A stretch of DNA of 63,802 nucleotides, the filler included, from Octopus bimaculoides (lineage: Eukaryota), in the NCBI RefSeq assembly GCF_001194135.2. It is 6 parts of 5 records of this genome, joined end to end, with 100 filler letters (N's around TTAATTAATTAA, not from the genome) between each part and the next. Parts side by side here need not be neighbours in the genome. Positions count along the whole stretch, not along the records: positions 15,544 to 46,221 come from NC_068989.1; 5 more parts are not named here. One strand, written 5' to 3'. The notes beneath the pieces are model-generated. The model saw only the letters and a program-made list of their open reading frames with translations, made no database searches and was not told where the DNA came from. The position numbers were made by a program, and so were the translations under genes. Of the stretch, positions 26,792-38,009 are shown piece after piece (positions within the stretch are counted from its first letter, which is position 1; every line of letters begins with the position of its first letter).

Positions 26792-28163
26792 NNNNNNNNN
26801 NNNNNNNNNNNNNNNNNNNNNNNNNNNNNNNNNNNNNNNNNNNNNNNNNNNNNNNNNNNNNNNNNNNNNNNNNNNNNNNNNNNNNNNNNNNNNNNNNNNN
26901 NNNNNNNNNNNNNNNNNNNNNNNNNNNNNNNNNNNNNNNNNNNNNNNNNNNNNNNNNNNNNNNNNNNNNNNNNNNNNNNNNNNNNNNNNNNNNNNNNNNN
27001 NNNNNNNNNNNNNNNNNNNNNNNNNNNNNNNNNNNNNNNNNNNNNNNNNNNNNNNNNNNNNNNNNNNNNNNNNNNNNNNNNNNNNNNNNNNNNNNNNNNN
27101 NNNNNNNNNNNNNNNNNNNNNNNNNNNNNNNNNNNNNNNNNNNNNNNNNNNNNNNNNNNNNNNNNNNNNNNNNNNNNNNNNNNNNNNNNNNNNNNNNNNN
27201 NNNNNNNNNNNNNNNNNNNNNNNNNNNNNNNNNNNNNNNNNNNNNNNNNNNNNNNNNNNNNNNNNNNNNNNNNNNNNNNNNNNNNNNNNNNNNNNNNNNN
27301 NNNNNNNNNNNNNNNNNNNNNNNNNNNNNNNNNNNNNNNNNNNNNNNNNNNNNNNNNNNNNNNNNNNNNNNNNNNNNNNNNNNNNNNNNNNNNNNNNNNN
27401 NNNNNNNNNNNNNNNNNNNNNNNNNNNNNNNNNNNNNNNNNNNNNNNNNNNNNNNNNNNNNNNNNNNNNNNNNNNNNNNNNNNNNNNNNNNNNNNNNNNN
27501 NNNNNNNNNNNNNNNNNNNNNNNNNNNNNNNNNNNNNNNNNNNNNNNNNNNNNNNNNNNNNNNNNNNNNNNNNNNNNNNNNNNNNNNNNNNNNNNNNNNN
27601 NNNNNNNNNNNNNNNNNNNNNNNNNNNNNNNNNNNNNNNNNNNNNNNNNNTTATATATTTATATTTATATTTATATATTTGATCCTTTATATTGAACACT
27701 CAATATTTCATCTACATTCAATACTTTATTTCATGGTGCCATCCATTTTTATTTTATTTTATTTTATATTATATATTGTATATTCCATATTCTATACCCC
27801 ACATTGGTTCTGCAGGAATATAAATAAAACATAAAAAACAGACAGTGTTGGAACTCTTTTAAACAAAATAATATATATATATATATATATATATGCATAT
27901 ATGGGTACAAGACGTCACTAACAGTGCAAATAACATAAAATGCGTAAACAACGAGAAAAATTGGAAAGTTGGACAAGGAAATACGGAAATAGGACCTTTT
28001 GCCAGTTGTCGGTTCTCTATCTACTCCTCATGTCAGCTAGTCAACAACAGTATGAGTCTTTAAATACAGTTGTTCCCATGGTCCCTTCAGATACAGTTGG
28101 TCTTGTTTGTTTACGTATTTCATGTTATTTGCACTGTTGGTGTCGTCCTCTGCCCATATATGC

Positions 28164-28197
<34 letters not shown>

Positions 28198-29190
28198 AAG
28201 TGCTGTGCCTGAAAAACATCGAAAAATGCAATGCGGTAGACAATTATAAGCCGATATTGTGTTTGACAATTATGTGGAAGTTATTAACTGGAATACTCGC
28301 AGAGTCAAACATCTGGATAAGATGGAGTCCTGCTACATGAGCAGAAGGGTCGCAAGCGTAAGCGCAGAGGCACCAAGGATCAACCCCTGATAGACAAAAC
28401 TGTACCTAAGTACAGATTGTCTATCAAGAGTTGTCTGCAGGACGAGGAAAAGTAACTTAGCCATGTTTTGGATCGACTATCGTAAGGCGTACGATATGAT
28501 CCCACATTCTTGGATTATGGAGTGTATGAACCTATTTGGTATTGCATCGAATGTTGAGCGATTGCTTGGAAAAAGTATGGCGAATTGGAGGATGGACCTG
28601 ACAGCATGAGGAAGAAATTTTTGGGACAGTAGAAATTAGGAGGGACATCTTCCAAGTGGACTGCTTGTTCCCACAGATCTTTCTACTGTGCTTGATACCA
28701 CTAACACTGATTCTGAGGAAAGCAAATGCTGAGATATATTCAAATAAAAGTTCTAGTAGTTCCGGCTCGTGTTTACAGTTTCAATGTGTTGAAGAGGAAT
28801 ATAACCGAAATAAGGAAGATTGACAGAAAACTCCGTAAGCTACTGACTTGCAATAAGATGCACCACCGAGGCAGATGCAGATTGTCTCTACCTAACCAGA
28901 TCTCAGGGAGGTCGAAGCTTGATATAGCTTGAAATCTAATACAAAACCACCACAATTGAACTGTCAAAATATTTTGAAGCATTTAACGACTAGATGATAA
29001 AGTTCGTTGAAAAGACATGAAGCACGCAAGAGGAGAGAGAACAATTTTCCTCTGAGTTTATGCATAACAACCAAGTGGAATAGCATGATGGAATAGCGGA
29101 AACAGTAGTTGCAAAGAAGGTGAAATTAATAGCAAAGCAAAATACATTATTTACATTTGACGGATATTTGTCCTCATCTTGTTTGTTGTT

Positions 29191-29236
29191 AACACAACGT
29201 TTCGGCTGATATACCCTCCAGCCTTCGTCAGGTGTC
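29191..29236 (-). ncRNA. Minimal type I hammerhead ribozyme in the 3' pLTR
   Basis: Minus strand gacac-CUGACGA-a-ggcug(gaggguauau)cagcc-GAAAC-GUU|guguu: conserved core, 5-bp stem II, stem I gacac/guguu, palindromic AACGUU stem III. PLE pLTR hammerheads are an established class. Confidence 0.85.
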
Positions 29237-29313
29237 TTGGGGAAATTTTGAACCTGGGTTCTCATTCCTAACGATGTTACTATTATTATATTATTATTAT
29301 TACTATTATTAAT

Positions 29314-29381
29314 CAGGTTGCTGCGGTGAATCGAACTCGGGGTTAGTAGCCCGCGCTCTTAACCACTACGCCATATGCCCG
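29314..29381 (-). promoter_or_regulatory. tRNA-like Pol III A-box/B-box module inside the PLE 3' end
   Basis: Minus strand TGGCGTAGTGG (A box, 29363-29373), a CU-ACU-AA loop closed by ggg/ccc, and GTTCGATTC (B box, 29328-29336), followed by (TAA)n. The A-B spacing of 26 nt is short, so this copy may carry a small deletion. Confidence 0.7.
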
Positions 29382-29409
29382 TGAGCAATTATGGAGTGAA
29401 TTTTAGGGC

Positions 29410-31893
29410 TTATAAATCTACTATTTTTCTATCCTTCCTCAATACCGGTTCCCATACGCTATTCATATCTGCACTCGGTCTGCTTAGGAGGTTGTTGTGT
29501 CCTAGCATATGTGCGGCTTATTTTAGTTTTCGTATTTTCCAGTGTTGTTCATCCCACAGGGGGAGGTGGTCTCCATTTTGCCATGCATGATCAGCTATAC
29601 CCGATTTATCAATATTTCCTCGTGTCACAGCTTTGCGATGTTCTTCTACCCTTATTTTGAGGGGGCGACATGTTTCGCCTTTGTATAACCTACCACAGCT
29701 GCATGGGATGGAGTACACGCAGTTATTGGTCATATTCTCTTCTGTTGATGGTTTTACCCGAAGGAGATAATTGCAAATTGTTGTATTGCTCTTGAATACT
29801 GCCCTGATGTCATATGGGCCGCATATCTTTTGTATATTTTCGGAGAGGCCTTTCACATAGGGTAGACAGACTGTAGACAGTTTATTGGTTTCATCCTCTC
29901 TTTTCTTCATAATTGGAGTAGATAGTATGTTCTTGGGGTAGTTGTTTCTTAATACATTCTTACTGAGCTTGATCATTTCTTCGTGGTGGGTATCACGATC
30001 GCTACTTATATTCTTTGCTCGATGTTTTAGGCACTGAGCAATTCCTCTCTTTACACTGTATGGATGGTGGGAATTGAAGTTAAGGTTTCGTCCAGTGAAG
30101 GTTGGTTTGTGATATACGGATGTCCTGAATCCATACTCGGTGCGTGTTATTAATACGTCCAGGAATGCCAGCTGATTGTTCTGTTCCTTTTCCATGGTGA
30201 ACTGTATCGATAGATTTATTGAGTTCACATGATCTAACAGCATTTGGACATCTTGCTGGTGGGGCCAGAGAATAAAGGTGTCATCAACGTATCGCAGCCA
30301 TAGGGTTGGTTTTAGTGGTGTTGATCCTAAAGCCAAATTCTCGAAGTATTCCATGTATATATTGGCTATTATCGGTGATAATGGCGAACCCATAGCTAAA
30401 CCATCTTCTTGTCGATATATATCAGTGTCCATACTGAAGTAGGTAGTTTCTACACAGAAAGTCAGCATTTCCATCAAGTTTGTTATTGGTATACTAGTGC
30501 GTTCTTTTAGATGGGTGTCTGTCACTAGTTTTTCTTGAATCACCGATAGTGCTTCACCAGTTGGGACTTTGGTGAATAGACTTATCACATCAAGACTCAC
30601 CATCTGGTTGGATTCAATGGGGGTATCATTGATCAATTCTGTGAAGTGGGTGGAATGCTTCACGTATGAGGTTGACTTTCCTGCTAATGGACTGATTATA
30701 TCCACCAAGAAGCGGCTCAGTGGATGACATGCTGAACCTCTACAGCTCACTATAGGTCTTAGTGGAATACCTTCCTTGTGAATCTTAGGGAGACCGTACA
30801 TGTGTGGTATTTTACTGTAGTGTTGAGTCAGCTGTCTGTACTTCATTGGTGTGAAGTGATCCTTGTTCTTGATCAAGATCGGTGACAACTTCCTCTCTGT
30901 TTTCAGAGTTGGGTCTTTCTTTACTATACTGTAGCTACCATCACTTAAAAGACTTGCCAATTTTTCGGAGTAGTCAGACTTGTTCATCACCACTGTAGCA
31001 TTTCCCTTGTCCGCTGGGAGTATTATGATGGAATTGTCTCTTTGTAGCCTTTTGATAGCGAACTTTTCTTTCTTAGTGATGTTTGGTTTGGGAAGTTTCG
31101 CTTTTTCCAGTACCTGTCTCACCTTCCACCTTAGTTCATCTCCCTGAGCTTTTGGTATCTTTACGGCTATCTCTTCAATAGGGGCTATTATGTTCAAGTA
31201 TGGAATGCGGTTGATGGTTGTCGCAAAGTTGAGACCTTTGTTTAGTACGGCTTCTTCGGAGTCTTCCAGACGTCGGCTACTTACATTAATCACTGCTTTC
31301 ACAGGTGGGTGATGGACTTCAGTCTTCATTATCCAACCTTTGAGTTTCATAAACTTCTTAATCTGGCGTGCCTTCACCGTTTCAAATTCTCTCATGTACG
31401 ATTTTCCTAGATCTTGTTGAATTCTCTTTCTGTCGTCATCTCTAGTTATTTTCCTAAGTAATGAAGATAGCCTCTCTTTGATTTCGTTATTTAGTTGATG
31501 GTTTTTCCAACGGTTGTAATGGATCCTCTCACGGACGAGGGCATGTCCTGCCCTTTCCGCTACTCTTCTAGCTTTATATGAATCCACTGGTGTCATTATA
31601 TTTAAGCCAGGTGGTATTAGCTTTGAGTCTCTACATCTACACAGGAAAGTTAGATGGTTTGAAAGACGAGCTAGTTGTTGATGGAGTTTCTCTATATGTC
31701 TCCAATGAAGTCTAATGTCGGCTCCGTACCGATTAGATAATACAGTTCTATATTTAAGAGATGAGGAATTATTTACATTATTTACATTATTTACATTTGA
31801 CGGATATTTGTCCTCATCTTGTTTGTTGTTAGCACAACGTTTCGGCTGATATACCCTCCAGCCTTCGTCAGGTGTCTTGGGGAAATTTTGAAC
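29410..31893 (-). CDS. PLE reverse transcriptase + GIY-YIG endonuclease polyprotein (791 open codons, then a premature TAA at 29518-29520 and 35 more in-frame codons)
   Basis: Motifs LPADKGNATVV, GLPKIHKEGIPLRPIVS, LDVISLFTKVP, GLAMGSPLSPIIANIYM, WLRYVDDTF, LAFLDVLI and GIY-YIG VYSIPCSCGRLYKGETCRPLKIRVEEH. The Met at 32082 in the ORF track lies outside the element and is spurious. KLK*AAHMLG suggests a GAA>TAA nonsense change. Confidence 0.93.
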
Positions 31894-31979
31894 TTGTGTT
31901 AACAACAAACAAGATGACGACAAATATCCGTCAAATGTAAATAATGTAAATAATTCCTCATCTCTTAAATATAGAACTG
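31743..31979. repeat. Inverted repeat at the PLE 5' end (arms 31743-31836 and 31895-31979)
   Basis: cagttctatatttaagagatgagg...ttgttgttagcaca pairs with tgtgttaacaacaaac...cttaaatatagaactg, apart from one 9-bp unit difference and two substitutions. Confidence 0.92.
31832..31876 (-). ncRNA. Minimal type I hammerhead ribozyme in the 5' pLTR
   Basis: Same motif as 29191-29236, offset by exactly 2640 nt; one stem I substitution (gugcu). Confidence 0.82.
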
Positions 31980-32629
31980 AAAGCAAAATGCGTTTGAACA
32001 ATTGGCTGATAGGTGGGGACAAAAACCTCTGCATGCCATATGTGGCCCGTAGAAAACAAGCTGATATACACCAGAAGCACAACCCTCAGTAATTACGGAG
32101 CTCAGGGCTAAAGGCAGAGAGTAAAGGCTTTATTTTCTCTGCCAAAGATCAGTGTTTCTGGCTCGAAACTATGAAGCCAATGTGATGTGTCGACCCAAAG
32201 TGCTGATACTGCAACGATGGGATTGAAACAGTGGACCATCTAATATCTGGGTGTAAGGTTTTAGCACTTGTAGAGTACAAATCAAGACATGACAGAATTG
32301 GCCAATATCTACATTGGATAATGTGTCGAAATTATAAAATTAAAACTGCTTACAAATGGTACAAGCAACACCCTGAGGCTGTAACTGAGGGAGAAAATGT
32401 AATCATTCTTTGGGACTTCCCTTTATGTACGGATGCATGGACCGAACAATCAAAGCAAATAAACCAAATAATGTTATGAAAACCCAAATCAATTTACCGA
32501 TCTGTAGAACTTGGCCTATTCACAAGCTACTACTCTTTCTCGTACTATACCCTTCAACACTCACATATTTATGATTATCGCAAGTACAAGACAAAAGATG
32601 AAACTCAACAACATTTAATAATACCTTTC

Positions 32630-32630
32630 C

Positions 32631-32677
<47 letters not shown>

Positions 32678-32699
32678 AATAATAATAATAGTAATAGTG

Positions 32700-32770
<71 letters not shown>
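32630..32770. repeat. (ATG)n/(AAT)n microsatellite, representative of dozens of (TA), (CA), (GA), (TATG), (GATA), (AAT), (TAG), (TTG) arrays in the window
   Basis: Direct reading. These arrays produce nearly all the low-complexity ORFs in the track. Confidence 0.97.
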
Positions 32771-33039
32771 TAGTATAGACCATTGTATAAGAAGTGAAAG
32801 GAGAATGCTTGCCGAATATTTGATAAATAGTGACGAAGATCTGCTGCAATATAACGGGACCCATATCACTGATACTTTTAAATGCTACAGGTAGAACTAT
32901 TGTGATACTGATAATCACTGTGGTTATGGAGGCGACACAATGCAAGCACCTTATTTATATATATACACGTGTGTATTGACATACATGTGCACGTGTATAT
33001 ACAAATAAAGAGAGGAAGAGAGAGAAGGGATCTCAATAA

Positions 33040-36000
33040 CAACTCACGTGAAATTATGATGCAGCACAGCAATGAAAAAATTAACAGCGGGAATGAAGCT
33101 ATAGCCGATCATGGAGAAGTTTTTCCGCTCGGCACGTCAGAAACCGCCCGCATCAGGGGCAATGATCTAGCCTCGGATGGCCGTTATGTCACAACAGATT
33201 ATATACACGGTGTGTGCAAAAACAGACATGATTGAACGAAGGAAGAGTATGATAAACTTCTTGAATGTTATGAAAGAGCAAAGCTAGAAAGTAGTCGCGG
33301 AGTAAGTCGACGTATCTTAAAATTTGGATGGAAAAGGACATGTGTCCAATATCAGAAGATAAACAAATGAAGCAAATGAGAGTGGTTAGGAGGAAGGGTT
33401 ACTTAACTGGAGTAGAAATATCTCGGATTAGTGAGAGTCTGAGAGAATCTTGCGGATGGGCTACAAAAAATGGTCGGAGTTGAAAACAGACAGAAGAGTA
33501 GACAGGAGGAATAGGGAAATGGTGATAGGGCTGTAAAGGATTAGGAACAGGAACGTTATACAGTGAACCCTGATACTATGATGGGTGGACATGCAGGGGA
33601 AGTCAACCAGCTAGATGATGAATTGCTTAAAGTTCAGAGACTACTCACTGACTTGATGAAAAAATACCCATGAATATGAGAAGGGTAGATAGGAGTATGA
33701 TAAATAAAGTAACACAAAAGATAGATACCGTAATACTATAGATCCAGACGGAGGACATAACACAACTTAAGAACGCAAAAAAATGGTAGAGCAAAAGAAC
33801 CATGGTGGTAGCGATGCATTGAAAGAGACATAATGCGGACATGGCAAGATTTAGAGAAAAATGCGATAAACACAGACCTAGAAAAGTCAGAGAAGAAATA
33901 TGAAATACGGAAGAACGGGTTTGATGCAGTAATAGAGCAGTTAAAACAGAGGATTATGGTAAAAAACCACAGGATCAGAAAATTTGAGAGCAGAAATTCG
34001 CAGTTCGAGGAGAACAGATTGTTCAAAAATAACCCGAAGCAATTCTTCCGAACGTTAGGAGATAATGGGGAAAATGTTGCTCCTGATGCAAATCGAGCCA
34101 AGGAGTTCTGGGGTGGATTATGGGGAAACAAGGTGGTGTATAAAAGGGATGCATTGTGGATAGGAACTATCAAGACAGAATTACAAGGCGGCAAGAAACA
34201 AAGGAATATTGTCATAAGCACGGTTAATGTGAAAGAACAAGTGGGGAAAGTGTCTAACTGGAAAGCCCCCAGTCCAGGTAGGATTCATGACTTTTAGCTG
34301 AAGAGATGCCACGCAGTGTACGAAAGACTAGCAGCCCAAATGAATATGTCCAGAAAGGTAAGTCCCCGCGTGAAAAGTGACTGAGAGGACAACACTTATA
34401 ATGAAAGATAAAGGAATGGGGAATAGGGTGGGAAACTACTGTCCAATAGCATGCCTAAATATAATCTGGAAGATACTAACTGGAATATGTGCAACATACA
34501 CTGTCCTGGTACAGGAAGAAATACTACTAAGATAACAAAAAGGATGTAGGAAGAATTCTCAAAGTACCAAGGATCACCTAGTCATCGATAAAACAGTTTT
34601 GAGGCATTGCAAAAAACATCATGTAAACAAATCTATGGCTTGGATTGACTTTAAAAAGACATATGATATGATGACTCATTCTTGGATCGTTGAATGCCTG
34701 CAAATCTTTGGTGTTGCTGACTGCCTCACAAGTTTTCTGATGCATAGGAATACATTAATTGAATACAATTTGAAAAATCAAATTGTACTGATTGTATTCC
34801 TTCAAGAAGTTAATATTATAAGGGGCATCTGCCAAGGTGACTCGTTTATAATTGCACTAATACCCATAACAATGACACATAGGAAAGTTAAGATAAGTTA
34901 CCAATATGGGACGAAAGGCCCATCATTGAACGATCTGTTTATGGATGGCCTGAAATTGTTTGGGAAATCTGAAAAGCAGATAGATTCCTTAACCAAAACA
35001 GTCCAGAAGTGTGGTAGGTACATCGGTATGGAATTTGGGATTACCAAATGCTCAGTACTGAATTAGTGAAGAAAGCAGCCTGTAGAGCATTGCGGTTACC
35101 ATCATGAGAGACCATGGGTAAACCCGACGGTAGTGGGTAAAGATATTTAGGGATTTTGAAGTTGGATGACATCCTACACCGAGAAATGAAACTCAAGCTC
35201 CACCAGGCGTATCAAAAAGGATGAAGATGGTGTTGAAATCCAACCTGAAAGCCAGAAATTTGGTTACTGCAATGAATATCTGGGCAGTTGCGGTGGTCCG
35301 ATATAGTGCGTTCATACTGAAATGGACTAAGGAGGAAATATCAACACTGGATGGAAGGACGAGAAAGTTGATGACGCTGCATGGAGCGCTACACCCTAAG
35401 GGAAAAGTAATCAGACTATATACAAAAAGAAAAAACGGTGGCAGAGGACAAATTAGTATAGACCTTTGTATAAGGAGTAGAAGGAGAGCGCTTGCCGAGT
35501 ATTTGATAAATAGTGAGAAGACCTGCTGCAATATGCCGCGAAAAATGCAGATGAAATGATGGGCAAGGAAGAGTTTAACCAAAGAGCTGAGGAGAAGAGA
35601 AAAGAAGACATTCTTGAAACGAAAATGCATGGACAGTTTGAAAGTAATACGCTGGGAGTTAAGGATAATGCAGCATCGTGGGTATGGCTTGAGCGAGGTG
35701 ATTGGAAGCGTACCACCTAAAGCCTAATCATTGCTACACAAGACCAGGCTCTCGCTACCAAGTCAGTGAAGTACAACATCTATGAAATTTCTGACACCCA
35801 GAAATGCAGACTATTGTGGAAAACCTGTGGAAAATGTGACCCACTTGGTAAGTGTATGTGAGAGCCTTACACAAAAAGAATACAGGCGCTGCCACGATAA
35901 AATGTATGTGTATCTCCATTGGCTCATATGCCGTAAATGACAATACGAAGAACTGGTATTAGCATGTACCAAGTAAATTTATGCAGGAAGATAGAAAAGT

Positions 36001-36444
36001 AGCGATACTCTGAGACTATGATTTTAAGACGGATCGTGTAATCGAACACCGTCGGCCGGATATTGCCATATTGAGTAAAAGAGACAAATGCTGTTAGATC
36101 ATTGACGTAGCCATACTAATTGACATGGATGTTATGAATAAAAAGGTTCAAAGCATCACAAAGTACTCCGAAATGAAAGTGGAAATGACAAGACTATATG
36201 GAATGCGAGAGGGTAATGTAAAAGTGATATCAGTGGTGATCGGAGCGTTGGGCTCAATCCCATTGAAACTTCAAGACTACTGAAGATAACTGGAAATCCC
36301 ATGCAAGATTGATATTTTGCAAAAAGCAGCTTCATTGGGCACAGCGCACACCTTCAGGATTGTATTATCTGTCTAATGTCCTTGTTGCGAATAGACAGAT
36401 GACTAAATACTCCGATGCATTTTTACCTCCATTGTGTCCCGTAG

Positions 36445-36446
<2 letters not shown>
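33040..36446 (+). mobile_element. Near full-length degenerate R4/Dong-like element ending in (TAA)n
   Basis: N-terminal EEYDKLLECYERA; FKNNPKQFFRTL; NWKAPSPGRIH; KSMAWIDFKKTYDMMTHSWIVECL; RGICQGDS; LFMDGLKLF; zinc-knuckle region; RVIEHRRPDI...CC*IIDVAI REL motif; 3' end runs into (AAT)n at 36446. Confidence 0.88.
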
Positions 36447-36493
<47 letters not shown>

Positions 36494-37042
36494 TACTCTG
36501 ATGCGGTGCCAGGAAGTGGTTCTCATGGTTTCTGATCTTAACTGATTGGAAGTGTTATCACTTATCATGTACTTTGTTTTGTCTTGGTATAAAAGATTGT
36601 CTACAACAAATATTCTGCTCAATACCACATATCTGCTTGTCAGTTGCTTCCGCTTAACCAGTTGAGCATGTCCCTTAGCGGCTGACGATACGCGTATCAC
36701 TGATCACGTGCAGAAGTGAGCATCACAGACATGTGTTGAGAGGAATTCTCTGGGGTTTGAATTATTCACCTTTGGAGACATGGGTATTTTGTTCATTATC
36801 TTTAATGAACCCTTATTCAGGGACTTTTTGAATGGGATGGACTATTCGACGTCAAGAAAATTCCAACTGAGTCCCACCTGCATGGTCATGCGCTGTATAT
36901 CTTGGCATGAAATCCCTACGTAGCCCACATATTGCGCCATACAAGTGCCTCGTGTTCTCTTATCAGACGGGTAATCATGATGGTAATACTGAGCTTCATA
37001 TATTTTACCCCAGTGTCACTTTCATTGCATGCACTGCTCGAC
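36494..37042 (+). mobile_element. Unclassified ~550-bp non-coding interspersed repeat embedded in (TAA)n
   Basis: Second, shorter copy in reverse orientation at 45779-46132; both are flanked by TAA arrays on each side. Confidence 0.8.
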
Positions 37043-37153
<111 letters not shown>

Positions 37154-37254
37154 AATGATGATGATGATGATAATAATAATAATAATAAATCAGCACTCCT
37201 GCTTACTGGTAGGAACAGCATCCTTAGCCAGTTGTTGAAGCTAAAAACGTCACT

Positions 37255-37712
37255 ATAATTTGGGATTTTCTAGTCAACGTTGACAGAATGATCCAGGCTA
37301 ATCGACCAGACATAGTTATTAAAGACAGGTAAGAAAACACTTGTAGAATAATAGATGCACGTGTTCTTACTGATAAGAATATATGCCTAAGTAATTTGAC
37401 AAATTAAATACATATTGGGACCTAGAAATTGAAATACAAAAGATGTGATATCTTAAAGCTAAAACTGTTGATGTACTTGTAGGTGACATAGATATGATCA
37501 AAAAGAGATGTGAGAAACATCTAGATAAGATCCCAGAACTATGTCTCATAGAAATCCAAAAGATTGTATTACATGAAGATATTTCGCTACGGCCCTTGCC
37601 ATTTCCTCTTCCCAAACTTACAGTCAAATCCCTTATCTTTCACTCAGCCAAGGACGCTAGGTGTATCTCGGCAAGTCATTGTAACAAATATCCAGAGTAA
37701 ATCAAAATAATA
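37255..37712 (+). mobile_element. 5'-truncated R4/Dong-like 3' end (REL domain)
   Basis: IWDFLVNVDRMIQANRPDIVIKDR*ENTCRIID; ends in aataataat. Confidence 0.75.
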
Positions 37713-37730
37713 ATAATAATGATGATGATT

Positions 37731-37927
37731 TAAAATTTTGGCACAAGGCCAGTAAGTTCGGGGAAGGGGTATTTTGATTACATCGACATCAGTCACTCAG
37801 CTGGTACTTATTTGATCGACTCTGAAATGATGAAAGACAAAGTCGACCTCGGTGGAATTTGAACTCAGAAAGTAAAATGAACGAAATGCCGTTAAGAATT
37901 TTGCCCGCGTGCTATCGATTCTGCTAA
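37731..37927 (-). mobile_element. SINE family A copy
   Basis: aaagtcgacctcggtggaatttgaactcagaa core; tail abuts (ATG/AAT)n. Confidence 0.85.
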
Positions 37928-38009
37928 CAAGTAGCCTTAATAAAACAAATAACGATGATGATGATAACGATGATGGTGATGATGATGTTGATGAGGATGA
38001 CGATGATGA

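Larger units (their letters stand above)
29144..31979 (-). mobile_element. Penelope-like element (Penelope/Poseidon-type, RT + GIY-YIG), structurally complete insertion
   Basis: 10-bp direct repeat AAAGCAAAAT at 29134-29143 and 31980-31989 (TSD). Terminal repeat shared by 29144-29253 and ~31785-31893. Inverted copy of part of it at 31895-31979. Long RT-EN ORF inside. It interrupts an R4/Dong-like element whose sequence resumes after the TSD. Confidence 0.95.
28195..32520 (+). mobile_element. Degenerate R4/Dong-like REL non-LTR retrotransposon, split by the PLE (28195-29143 and 31980-32520)
   Basis: [19 protein letters not shown]; NLAMFWIDYRKAYDMIPHSWIMECM; IDRKLRKLLTCNKMHH; after the PLE ETVDHLISGCKVLALVEYKSRHDRIGQYLHW and VIILWDF. 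Many stops and frameshifts. Confidence 0.85.

Noticed and set aside
29144-31979. Terminal repeats as LTRs, or the short repeats as CRISPR-like arrays
   Set aside because: No TG...CA ends, PBS, PPT, gag or integrase; the RT and GIY-YIG are of PLE type. No regular repeat-spacer array exists, and the DNA is eukaryotic.
31894-32082. N-terminal 63 aa of the 854-aa ORF (MCFWCISACF...)
   Set aside because: Comes from the antisense of the host R4/Dong-like element and the inverted segment; lies outside the PLE coding region.
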